Origin: Lingula anatina
Lineage: Eukaryota; Animalia; Brachiopoda
Direction: 5' to 3'
Assembly (NCBI GenBank): GCA_051362555.1
Contig: CM120643.1
Location: 5,642,001-5,706,000 of the forward strand
Length of the DNA: 64,000 nucleotides
The position numbers and the translations under genes were made by a program. The notes beneath the pieces are model-generated. The model had not been told where the DNA came from and searched no databases. It worked only from the letters and a program-made list of their open reading frames with translations. This document shows, piece after piece, positions 1 through 11,600 of this stretch (position 1 is the first letter of the stretch; every line of letters starts with the position of its first letter).

Positions 1-520
1 GGCATTTCATTCTCTGCCTGGCTCTTTCAAAATTTCCCTATAATATCGGCGCTCCACCCTGGTAGAGGGTAGGACCCTGTCCGCTACCTTTATAGATTAA
101 TCATAGATATATTGTGTCATGGGCCTAGGCCCCAGTTAATATTTGTCCAACTCAAAACCCGCATATTGTTCGTTATTCTCACGGCTACTCTAATTTGAAA
201 ATTTGTTCCCTTCGTTGCTGCATACACTGCACCGACTTCCCATGTTTTTTCTCTTCATTAAATTCGGTGGTTCAAATATTGCACTGATATTATAACTGCA
301 GCTAAAATTGGCAGACGAGCCGTTTGCATCGTGTGGAACATCTGAATTATTCGCTGATAAAGGCGTGATATGTGGTGTATGTGGGAGTGGGAGAGGTTAA
401 GGCCCCCTTGCAGGGATCGAGGCGTTTTTTCTGTGGGTTTTCATCCCTGGGTCTGATGCCATTTGTCTTCGAAATCAGTTTTTAATAACCCCCTATTATT
501 AAACTAAATATTAATATATT

Positions 521-976
521 ATTACCAATAGTAAAAGAGGTTGTGTTTTATTATCATTATTATTATTATTTTTTTTTTTTTTTTTGGTTCCGTTTGCCTG
601 TTTGTCCGTGTGCCTGTAAGCAACATTACGGAAATAGTTGGGGACGGATTTTTATTAACTTTTCAGATAATGACTAGAGTGGACCAAGTAAGACACGGTC
701 AAATTCAGGTGGTGATCAATTGATCAATTGATTAGTAGATTAATAAAGACTGTTTGTATGTTTGCCACATTATGCAAAAAGATATATAGAGGGATCCTGA
801 TGACAATTTCAGTAAAGGTCAGAAATGGACTAGATTTTCTCATTGAGACTAATCAATCAATAATGATAATAATATAATTAATCTATTTATTAGGTAATTA
901 ATAGGCCTATAGTCTAAAACAATGAGAACTGATCTGCCTCGGCTGTCGTCTTCGCTCTCTAAGCGCTTTTCTAGTT
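521..976 (+). mobile_element. Degenerate non-autonomous Helitron/Helentron-like (HINE/DINE-type) element
   Basis: The 5' part reads ATTACC...AGAGGTTGTGTTTT followed by a GTTTG/GTCCG-type simple repeat. The 3' end is GCCTCGGC...CGCTCTCTAAGCGCTTTTCTAGTT, the typical terminal motif of this class. The 5' boundary is approximate. Confidence 0.45.
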
Positions 977-3729
977 CTTAATAAAATGACGTCTTTTCTC
1001 TTTGGTTTCTGTGTCTTAATCGACAAGTAGATGAATAATCTGTATCCCTGTGCGTCACTGCACCGTTACTCCCCCGCACCGATACTCCCGCGCAGTGACT
1101 TCCCTATATCGCAACTTTTGGCTTTGGTTAAAAATGTAACACCCAAAGCACAATTCTTGATTTATAAACTTTTCTGAAAAACAATTTTTTTTCAAAAGTA
1201 ACCCACCCTCTTGAGACCCAAAAGTGACACATTTTATTGTAAATATTTTGGAAAGAAAAATAAGGAAACAAATACTAAAATTGATCTGCTTTGATACTCA
1301 CAGCAGACTTTGTATGCAGCTCGGCTTTGTGATTTTTGAGATATGTCTGAGTACTTCACTTCGTTTTTCAACAGTGGTTACGGTATACAGATTACCCAAC
1401 CTTTTTATTTATTTATTTATTTATAATATCTCAAAGTTTGTTTAAACCAAAGATGAATAACGCACCATTAGATAGCCTAGAAATAAAAACGACAGGGAAT
1501 AGCCGTTCCATACCGTGGAGCCGTTACTACATGTACTCCTGGATGTCCAACATAATCGCCAAAATAAATCAGTATGTTCCATACTATACAAAGGAATTAC
1601 AAGTTTGTGTCAAGCGGCCGTTGAAATGAAAAACATTTAAATGCACTGGAAGTACATGGGTGGATTATTTGAAGGGGGGAATCTGCGGATGCAAAGCCGA
1701 CACTTCCCCAATATATATTTCTTATGTTGATTTTTGTTTTGTTTTATTTCTGCCTTTGATAGGTAATTTGTTTTTTCTTAATGATTTAAGTATTTTTTAC
1801 TTATGAGTGTTATAAACATTTTATCTGTGCCAAATTTACTATTACCTGCTACAACTGAACCGTTCAATCACCATACAATACATAATTCAATAGAAAGGGA
1901 TTTTTGTAGTAGGTAAAGTTAAATGATGTAATAATGTAAACATCTATAGGATCACATATTCTGGCGATTACTCTACTTTCCAAGAAAATTTTCTTATGCA
2001 GACCTAGGATTTCGAATTCAAATTACATTAAAAACGTAAAAAGTATTTGTAATAAAAGCGTGATATTTATTTCACATCACTGGCACAGCTATGCATTGTC
2101 TATAATTCTTTTACAAAAACAGTTCACTTTTACAAAAACAGTTCCCACCATTCACTCTGTTAGCTATCAACCAACCACATAACCAACTCATAATAATAAT
2201 CTTCTAATCATGCATACAATATCACAAAGCAATGCTTTAATAAGAAAATCATTGCTACGGTCAATGGAAGTGAAAAATCTGGATGTCTATTATTTTAATA
2301 AGCTTATAATTTATCCTTTTTAACATAAAGATTTCCACATTTTTCTGGAGCCAAAGCAAGCTTCAAAATTTCACAGCCCTTTTATAAGTTTGACTGCAAG
2401 TAGTGTTACTGACATGTACTTATCTTACAGGCTTAATACTTACATTGCCTTTTCATTATTTGAGTGATTATAATTTTCAGCTTGCTGTCATAAAATTAAT
2501 CAATTAAGTATATCATTCCAAGAAGTTGTTAAGTTGTCTTTACAACTTTTTGATCATTCACAGCAATGTTTATATCAGCAATTCTTTAACAAGGCCTCAA
2601 AGCTGTCAAATGGACAGACATAGAAATAATGAATGATGATCAAACAATGATTTAATGTCAGATCACAAATTCTTTTTTAAAATTTGATGTGACATTAAAT
2701 AATTTTATAATTTTTTATAGTATATAATCACTACCAATTTCCAGTTATGTACCATGTATGACTCTTGAGATTCAGAAAATGTAAACAGCACAGGATTTCA
2801 GACCCACAAAAATTCAAAGCCACACCTGGGAAATTCCACTTTGTGAAGAGTAAATAATTCACAAAACACTTCAACTTTAAAAAAGAATATCCATCCAAGC
2901 TTGTTTTTAACTTGAATTTCTTATAAATCATTTCTTTAAGTTTGAGAAAACTGGAAAATGCCAATTTGTGAAGAAAAAAATTAGCTAAAAATTACTAAAA
3001 AATAAATAATAAATAAATAAATAAAAATAAAGGGAGAAAACAAAAAAGGAAAAAAACAAATAACACTCTAAACAGGCTGGCATGCAAACTTATCATGAGC
3101 TGTGTATACATGTAGTTCTACCAATTATTCCTTTAAGTTAATAATAATAATAATAATAATAATAGTAATAGCAATGTTTTAGAGCAAAAATTTAAAGAAA
3201 GTCCAAGGTCAAGCCAAGTCCATGGCCGTATGTTCAGTCACATTGTGTCTGTCCATAATAAATACTTTTTGCACATGATTTTTGATTAATAATAACAATC
3301 TTTAAAAATTGGTTACCATATGTTGCCATGAAGCCATGAGTGCTGACCTTAAAACACAACTTACTTATGGAATCCCCTTCCAACCCCACCTTTCTTAATG
3401 CAGACATTTGTATTAAAAAGCTTTCCACAGAAATATAATCATTAAAAAGAAACCTTACAACCATTACCTGGGCTATTTCAGTAATCAAAATGTATCAGTA
3501 CAAATCCTCCCTACATAAAAACAAATTTTAATGATGAAATCAATACTGTTCATTTTTCCCAAAACCAATGGTACCTCACACAATTAATCACTCTTCCATG
3601 ATCCATTCTCCTAAAATAGTTTTTTTGTTAACTTCTGTCCTTTTCAATAATGCTATTAAATATTTTACCCTCCCTTACAAAATTCTTCAATCTTAATAAC
3701 TGAAGTCTGCAGGGAAAGTGTGGAGGTGG

Positions 3730-3894
3730 TCACTCCTGTGTGGTCACTCCAGGGATGTCCATGTTCCACATCACAAAGTAGTCGTGGAAGTACATGAGAA
3801 TAGCCAGTGGCTGTCCAATAATTAGGGGCACCCACACTGCCATGTTGCCATACTGGCCATGTAAAATCTGGAAGACAAAAACCACAAATGGAAT
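3730..3894 (-). CDS. DGAT1: Terminal coding exon of diacylglycerol O-acyltransferase 1 (MBOAT family); no upstream DGAT1 exon seen in the window, so possibly an orphan or pseudogene fragment
   Basis: A phase-0 acceptor tattatttccag| is followed by IPFVVFVFQILHGQYGNMAVWVPLIIGQPLAILMYFHDYFVMWNMDIPGVTTQE*. This closely matches the human DGAT1 C-terminus as I recall it ([43 protein letters not shown]), including the exon starting at IP. Not present in the ORF track. Confidence 0.85.
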   Translation of the reverse strand: MPFVVFVFQILHGQYGNMAVWVPLIIGQPLAILMYFHDYFVMWNMDIPGVTTQE

Positions 3895-4764
3895 CTGGAA
3901 ATAATAATATAATGTTGAATGGATAACAGTGATTTTTTCTTAGTCAGGCAATTGTCAATAAAAGATTGTTTAATCATTTCAAGTGTAAGTGTTTAAGTGT
4001 TTTTTGTATTTTGTAAATAAAAAACTATACAGCAAAGCTGCCAAATATACAGACACCAAACAGGAAACAGGGCAGCAAAGCTGTCAAATGTTCAGACATT
4101 ATGCAGAAATAAGTGAACTAAAATAATATTTTAACCAATTTTTACATATTGCTTCAAAACAGCATAATCACTCTTACTCTCTTACATTATGTACTACATG
4201 TAACATGGACAATGTAAAACTAGCAAGCAATTCAGTTCCTTTGGATATAAAAGCCACTGAAAATGCTGTGTGAAAAATAAAAATTTCAGAAAAGATAAAA
4301 ATAAATAAAATAATTGCCTCTTTACCAAAGATACTCAGTAAACTTAATGTAAAACAAAAATATGATTTGGAAGTTATGCGGTGAATGTCACCAAAATTAT
4401 GCAAAAAAAAATAAATAAATAAATAAATAAAAATAAATAAATATAATAATAATAAAATTAAATAAAAAAAATAATTACTGTAAATGTACACCAATCATGC
4501 TGATTTTCAATGACAACCTGAGTCTTTATCACACAAAGCCACTCAGTAAATTTAAAGTAAAACAAAAATAAGGTTTGGCAGTTGTGGGCCGAACATCATG
4601 TGTTGAACAGCCACAGTGAGGTTGACGACAACAGTGATGACAAGGACAGACAGACAAAGAAGAATATAAAAATGGAGATAGGATTATCAGCTGACTGTGT
4701 CCAATGAAGCCAATTTTTTCAGATAATATATTTGAGAAAATTGTAAATAAAATTAAAAAGATTG

Positions 4765-4862
4765 CCCAGCAGGCAAACGACATTGATTCTACATTGAATC
4801 AACGTTGATCCACCAAAATTAACGTTGATTCAACGGTGAATCAATGTCGCTTGTCTGCTGGG
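4765..4862. mobile_element. 98-bp palindromic MITE with CCC...GGG ends and a 2-bp TG target-site duplication (CMC/EnSpm-like)
   Basis: CCCAGCAGGCAAACGACATTGATT...AATCAATGTCGCTTGTCTGCTGGG forms a near-perfect inverted repeat. The flanks aagatTG|element|TGgcaaat interrupt the satellite motif aaagactggcaaat. Confidence 0.8.
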
Positions 4863-5171
4863 TGGCAAATTCCATATATGAAAATAGTTAAACATTAATA
4901 ACTTTGTCAAATCTACTCCAATATCTGTGAAATTTGTACCAATGAAGACAAACAACATTCAACAAATATAAATCTGAGATATGGTTATCAGTTGACTATG
5001 TGTATTGAAAGTGATATTTTGGACAATATATTGATGAAAACTGAAAATTACATTTAGAAAACTGGCAATTCTTTGGCTAAAAATAGTTAAATTTTAATAA
5101 TTTTCTCAAATCTAGTCCAATTTTTGTGAAATTTGTAATTTGATATATTTGTGTAAAAGGTGGCAAATTAC

Positions 5172-5455
5172 CTATAACTGTCATCTGGAAAACAATATAT
5201 ACCCTTTTCAGACTTCCAATAACAACCAATACCACCTGCAGATTCCTCTTTACAATGGGTTTCTGGAACCAGGCTGTTGGCACACCATTATAAAATCATC
5301 CTTAATCTTGAACACATATATTGAACACATGGATGTAACAAAGCACTGCTATTGCTGCTGTCTTTCACTGCCTGCTTTTTCTATAAGAATTGGCCATGAC
5401 TGCACAGGTAGAGACAGTTCACCAAGGGGCCTCCCCACTGTATTGAAAGGGTCAC
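5172..5455 (-). other. Exon-like cassette, first of 11 copies in array 1 (others at 7307-7587, 9058-9341, 10989-11269, 13125-13405, 16019-16299, 17770-18050, 30360-30640; truncated 22193-~22370 and 24546-~24723; diverged 31912-32190)
   Basis: The minus strand reads ccttttctag|GTGACCC...(281-284 nt)...TAG|gtaatt, with a polypyrimidine acceptor and a canonical donor. It is GC-richer than the satellite and has stops in all three frames in the copy translated. The donor is mutated (GT>TT) in the 31.9-kb copy. Confidence 0.65.
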
Positions 5456-5588
5456 CTAGAAAAGGAAAATGAAGAATTGATTTGTGAAGAGACTAATATT
5501 ATTTTATGAAAGACAAAAGCCTTACAGATGAGCAGAGCAAGTTTAAAAAAAATTTAACTATGGTGTACTATCAAGTGTCCAAACAGAT

Positions 5589-5650
5589 TTGGCAGAGACA
5601 AGTGTTGTGGTGAATCACCTGTCACAGGTGGTCACATCTGTTTCTGCCAA
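5589..5650. other. ~62-nt inverted repeat/hairpin in the cassette module (copies start at 5589, 7722, 9475, 11404, 13540, 16434, 18185, 30775)
   Basis: GGCAGAGACAAGTG pairs with CACTTGTTTCTGCC (CATCTGTTTCTGCC in the 5589 and 9475 copies). There is an inner palindrome CACCTGT-C-ACAGGTG and a ~6-nt bulge on the left arm. Confidence 0.6.
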
Positions 5651-8600
5651 GACTAGGTACATTTATATTTTTATGATAAAAATAAATAAAGTTATAAATT
5701 CTAACTTGGTCAAAGCAACTAAATTATCATTCACATTTATACAAATTAAGTTAATCGACTGTAATTTTCTGAAATAATCCTAACAGTTGACTGTGTGTAA
5801 CCATAGTGATTCTTTGGAAAAAAGATCTCAAGACTGTTGAAAGACTGGCAAATCCCATGGATAATAAATAGTTAAACATTTATAATTTCGTCAAATCTAA
5901 TGCAATTTTTGTGAAATTTGTACATATGAAGGTTAAATACTGTCAAAATCTGAGATAAGCTTATCAGTGTACTGTGTTTGATGAAAGTGATTTTTGGGGC
6001 AATTTATTTGACAAAACTGAAAGTTACATTGAAAACACAGGCAAATTTGAAGGATGAAAATAGTTAAACGTTAATAATTTTGTCAAATCTACCCAAATTT
6101 TTGTGAAATTTCTTCAAATAAAGGTTAACTACTGTAAAAATCTGAGATAAGCTTATCAGTTGCCTATGTCTGATGAAACTGTTTTTTTGGGCAATGTTTT
6201 TCTGAAAACCGAAAAATACATTGAAAACACAGGCAAAATTCAAGGTTAAAAGTAGTTAAGCGTTAACAATTTTGTCAAATCTACCCAAACTTTTGTAAAA
6301 TTTCTACAAATGAATGTTAACTACTGTTAAAATCTGAGATAAGCGTATCAGTTGACTGTGTATGATGAAAGTGATTTTTTGGGCAATATATTTCAGAAAA
6401 CCGAAAAATACATTAAAAACACAGGCAAATTTCAAGGTTAAAAATAGTTAAACGTTAATAATTTTGTCAAATCTACCCAAATTTTTGTGAAATTTCTACA
6501 AATGAAGGTTAACTACTGTTAAAATCTGAGATAAGCGTATCAGTTGACTGTGTATGATGAAAGTGATTTTTTGGGCAATATATTTCAGAAAACCGAAAAA
6601 TACATTAAAAACACAGGCAAATTTCAAGGTTAAAAATAGTTAAACGTTAATAATTTTGTCAAATCTACCCAAATTTTTGTGAAATTTCTACAAACAAAGG
6701 TTAACTACTGTAAAAATCTGAGATAAGTGTATCAGTTGACTGTGTATGATGAAAGTGATTTTTTGGGCAATATATTTCAGAAAACCGAAAAATACATTGA
6801 AAACACAGGCAAATTTCAAGGTTAAAAATAGTTAAACGTTAATAATTTTGTCAAATCTACCCAAATTTTTGTGAAATTTCTACAAATGAAGGTTAACTAC
6901 TGTAGAAATCTGACAAAAGCCTAAAAATTGACTGGGTGTAATGAAAGCGATATTTTTTGCAGAGAATATATTGGAGAAAACCGAAAAATACATTGGAAAG
7001 TTTGGCAAATTTGAAGGATGAAAATAGTTAAACATTAATAATTTTAATAAATCTAGTCCAATTTAGGTGAAATTTCAAAAAGTGGAGGTTAATAACTGTA
7101 AAAATCTGAGATAAGCTTATCAGTAAACTTTGTGTAATGAAAGTGGCTTTTTGGACAATGTATTTGAGAAAACTGAGAAATACATCAAAAAAACTGCAAT
7201 AACATGGCTGAAAATAGTTAAACGTTTATAATTTTCTCAAATCTGGCCCAATCTAGTGAAATTTATAATTTGATGATTTGTGTTTGTGTAAAATGTGGAA
7301 AATTACCTAAAATTGTCATATGGAAAACAATAAATACCCTTTTAAGACTTTCAATAACAACCAATACCACCTGCAGATTCTTCTTTACAATGGGTTTCTG
7401 GAATCAGGCTGTTGGTACACCATTTGACAATCATCCTTAATCTTGCCTCATATCATATACTGTACACAAGGATGAGATAGAACACTGTTCTTGCTGCTGT
7501 CTTCCACTGCCTGCTTTTTCTATAGCCATGACTGCACAGGTAGAGTCAGTTCACCAAGGGGCCTCCCCACTGTATTGAAAGGGTCACCTAGAAAAGGAGA
7601 CATAAGAATTGATTTGTGACGAGACTAATATTATTTTATGAAAGACAAAAGCCTTACAGATGAGCAGAGCCAAGTTTTAAAAAAATCTAACTATGGTGTA
7701 CTATCAAGTGTCCAAACAGATTTGGCAGAGACAAGTGTTGTGGTGAATCACCTGTCACAGGTGGTCACACTTGTTTCTGCCCAGACTAGGTACATTTATA
7801 CTTTTATAATAAAAATAAATAAAGTTATAAAATTCTAACTTGGTCAAAGCAACTAAATTTTTATTCTAATTTATAGAAATTAAGTTAATTGACTGTAATT
7901 TTCTGAAATAATCCTAACAGTTGACTGTGTGTAACCAAAGTGATTCTTTGGAAAAAAGATCTCAAGACTGTTGAAAGACTGGCAAATCCCATGGATAATA
8001 AATAGTTAAACATTTATAATTTCGTCAAATCTAATGCAATTTTTTGTGAAATTTGTACATATAAAGGTTAAATACTGTCAAAATCTGAGATAAGCTTATC
8101 AGTGTACTGTGTTTGATGAAAGTGATTTTTGGGGCAATTTATTTGACAAAACTGAAAGTTACATTGAAAACACAGGCAAATTTCAAGGATGAAAATAGTT
8201 AAACGTTAATAATTTTGTCAAATCTATCCAAATTTTCATGAAATTTGTACAAATGATGCTTAACAAGAATAAAAATCTGGGGTGAGGTTATCTGTTGATT
8301 GCGTGTAAGGAAAGTGAGTTTTTGGTCAATATATTTGAGAAAACTGAAAATTACATAGAAAAGTTAGGCAAATTTCAAGCTTGAAAATAGTTAAACGTTA
8401 ATAATTTTGTCAAATCTACCCAAATTTTTGTGAAATTTCTACAAACAAAGGTTAACTACTGTAAAAATCTGAGATAAGCGTATCAGTTGACTGTGTATGA
8501 TGAAAGTGATTTTTTGGGCAATATATTTCAGAAAACCGAAAAATACATTGAAAACACAGGCAAATTACAAGGTTAAAAATACTTAAGCGTTAATAATTTT

Positions 8601-11600
8601 GTCAAATCTACCCAAATTTTTGTGAAATTTCTACAAATGAAGGTTAACTACTGTAAAAATCTGACATAATCCTAAAAATTGACTGGGTGTAATGAAAGCG
8701 ATATTTTTTGCAGAGAATATATTGGAGAAAACAGAAAAATACATTGGAAAGTTTGGCAAATTTGAAGGATGAAAATAGTTAAACATTAATAATTTTTATA
8801 AATCTAGTCCAATTTTGGTGAAATTTCAAAAAGTGGAGGTTAATAACTGTAAAAATCTGAGATAAGCTTATCAGTAAACTTTGTGTAATTAAAGTGGCTT
8901 TTTGGACAATGTATTTGAGAAAATTGAGAAATACATCAAAAAAACTGCAATAACATGGCTGAAAATAGTTAAACGTTTATAATTTTCTCAAATCTGGCCC
9001 AATCTAGTGAAATTTATAATTTGATGATTTGTGTTTGTGTAAAATGTGGAAAATTACCTAAAATTGTCAGATGGAAAACAATAAATACCCTTTTAAGACT
9101 TTCAATAACAACCAATACCACCTGCAGATTCTTCTTTACAATGGGTTTCTGGAATCAGGCTGTTGGTACACCATTTGACAATCATCCTTAATCTTGAACA
9201 CATATATTGAACACATGGATGTAACAAAGCACTGCTATTGCTGCTGTCTTTCACTGCCTGCTTTTTCTATAAGAATTGGCCATGACTGCACAGGTAGAGA
9301 CAGTTCACCAAGGGGCCTCCCCACTGTATTGAAAGGGTCACCTAGAAAAGGAAAATGAAGAATTGATTTGTGAAGAGACTAATATTATTTTATGAAAGAC
9401 AAAAGCCTTACAGATGAGCAGAGCAAGTTTAAAAAAAATTTAACTATGGTGTACTATCAAGTGTCCAAACAGATTTGGCAGAGACAAGTGTTGTGGTGAA
9501 TCACCTGTCACAGGTGGTCACATCTGTTTCTGCCAAGACTAGGTACATTTATACTTTTATAATAAAAATAAATAAAGTTATAAATTCTAACTTGGTCAAA
9601 GCAACTAAATTATCATTCACATTCACAAAATCTGAGATAAGCTTATCAGTGTACTGTGTTTGATGAAAGTGATTTTTGGGGCAATTTATTTGACAAAACT
9701 GAAAGTTACATTGAAAACACAGGCAAATTTGAAGGATGAAAATAGTTAAACGTTAATAATTTTGTCAAATCTACCCAAATTTTTGTGAAATTTCTTCAAA
9801 TAAAGGTTAACTACTGTAAAAATCTGAGATAAGCTTATCAGTTGCCTATGTCTGATGAAACTGTTTTTTTGGGCAATGTTTTTCTGAAAACCGAAAAATA
9901 CATTGAAAACACAGGCAAAATTCAAGGTTAAAAGTAGTTAAGCGTTAACAATTTTGTCAAATCTACCCAAATTTTTGTAAAATTTCTACAAATGAATGTT
10001 AACTACTGTTAAAATCTGAGATAAGCGTATCAGTTGACTGTGTATGATGAAAGTGATTTTTTGGGCAATATATTTCAGAAAACCGAAAAATACATTAAAA
10101 ACACAGGCAAATTTCAAGGTTAAAAATAGTTAAACGTTAATAATTTTGTCAAATCTACCCAAATTTTTGTGAAATTTCTACAAATGAAGGTTAACTACTG
10201 TTAAAATCTGAGATAAGCGTATCAGTTGACTGTGTATGATGAAAGTGATTTTTTGGGCAATATATTTCAGAAAACCGAAAAATACATTAAAAACACAGGC
10301 AAATTTCAAGGTTAAAAATAGTTAAACGTTAATAATTTTGTCAAATCTACCCAAATTTTTGTGAAATTTCTACAAATGAAGGTTAACTACTGTAAAAATC
10401 TGAGATAAGTGTATCAGATGACTGTGTTTGATGAAAGTGATTTTTTGGGCAATATATTTCAGAAAACCGAAAAATACATTGAAAACACAGGCAAATTTCA
10501 CGGTTAAAAATAGTTAAACGTTAATAATTTTGTCAAATCTACCCAAATTTTTGTGAAATTTCTACAAATGAAGGTTAACTACTGTAAAAATCTGACATAA
10601 GCCTAAAAATTGACTGGGTGTAATGAAAGCGATATTTTTTGCAGAGAATATATTGGAGAAAACCGAAAAATACATTGGAAAGTTTGGCAAATTTGAAGGA
10701 TGAAAATAGTTAAACATTAATAATTTTAATAAATCTAGTCCAATTTAGGTGAAATTTCAAAAAGTGGAGGTTAATAACTGTAAAAATCTGAGATAAGCTT
10801 ATCAGTAAACTTTGTGTAATGAAAGTGGCTTTTTGGACAATGTATTTGAGAAAACTGAGAAATACATCAAAAAAACTGCAATAACATGGCTGAAAATAGT
10901 TAAACGTTTATAATTTTCTCAAATCTGGCCCAATCTAGTGAAATTTATAATTTGATGATTTGTGTTTGTGTAAAATGTGGAAAATTACCTAAAATTGTCA
11001 TATGGAAAACAATAAATACCCTTTTAAGACTTTCAATAACAACCAATACCACCTGCAGATTCTTCTTTACAATGGGTTTCTGGAATCAGGCTGTTGGTAC
11101 ACCATTTGACAATCATCCTTAATCTTGCCTCATATCATATACTGTACACAAGGATGAGATAGAACACTGTTCTTGCTGCTGTCTTCCACTGCCTGCTTTT
11201 TCTATAGCCATGACTGCACAGGTAGAGTCAGTTCACCAAGGGGCCTCCCCACTGTATTGAAAGGGTCACCTAGAAAAGGAGACATAAGAATTGATTTGTG
11301 ACGAGACTAATATTATTTTATGAAAGACAAAAGCCTTACAGATGAGCAGAGCCAAGTTTTAAAAAAATCTAACTATGGTGTACTATCAAGTGTCCAAACA
11401 GATTTGGCAGAGACAAGTGTTGTGGTGAATCACCTGTCACAGGTGGTCACACTTGTTTCTGCCCAGACTAGGTACATTTATACTTTTATAATAAAAATAA
11501 ATAAAGTTATAAAATTCTAACTTGGTCAAAGCAACTAAATTTTTATTCTAATTTATAGAAATTAAGTTAATTGACCGTAATTTTCTGAAATAATCCTAAC

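Noticed and set aside
5525-5617. Second minus-strand mini-exon (gacag|GTGATTC...CATCT|gtaagg) in each module
   Set aside because: The donor is good, but the acceptor lacks a polypyrimidine tract and lies in the hairpin apex. It cannot be supported without reads.
5460-5700. Intronic H/ACA or C/D snoRNA in the module
   Set aside because: Only one convincing hairpin is present. I could not place a second hairpin with H and ACA boxes, or terminal C/D boxes with a closing stem.
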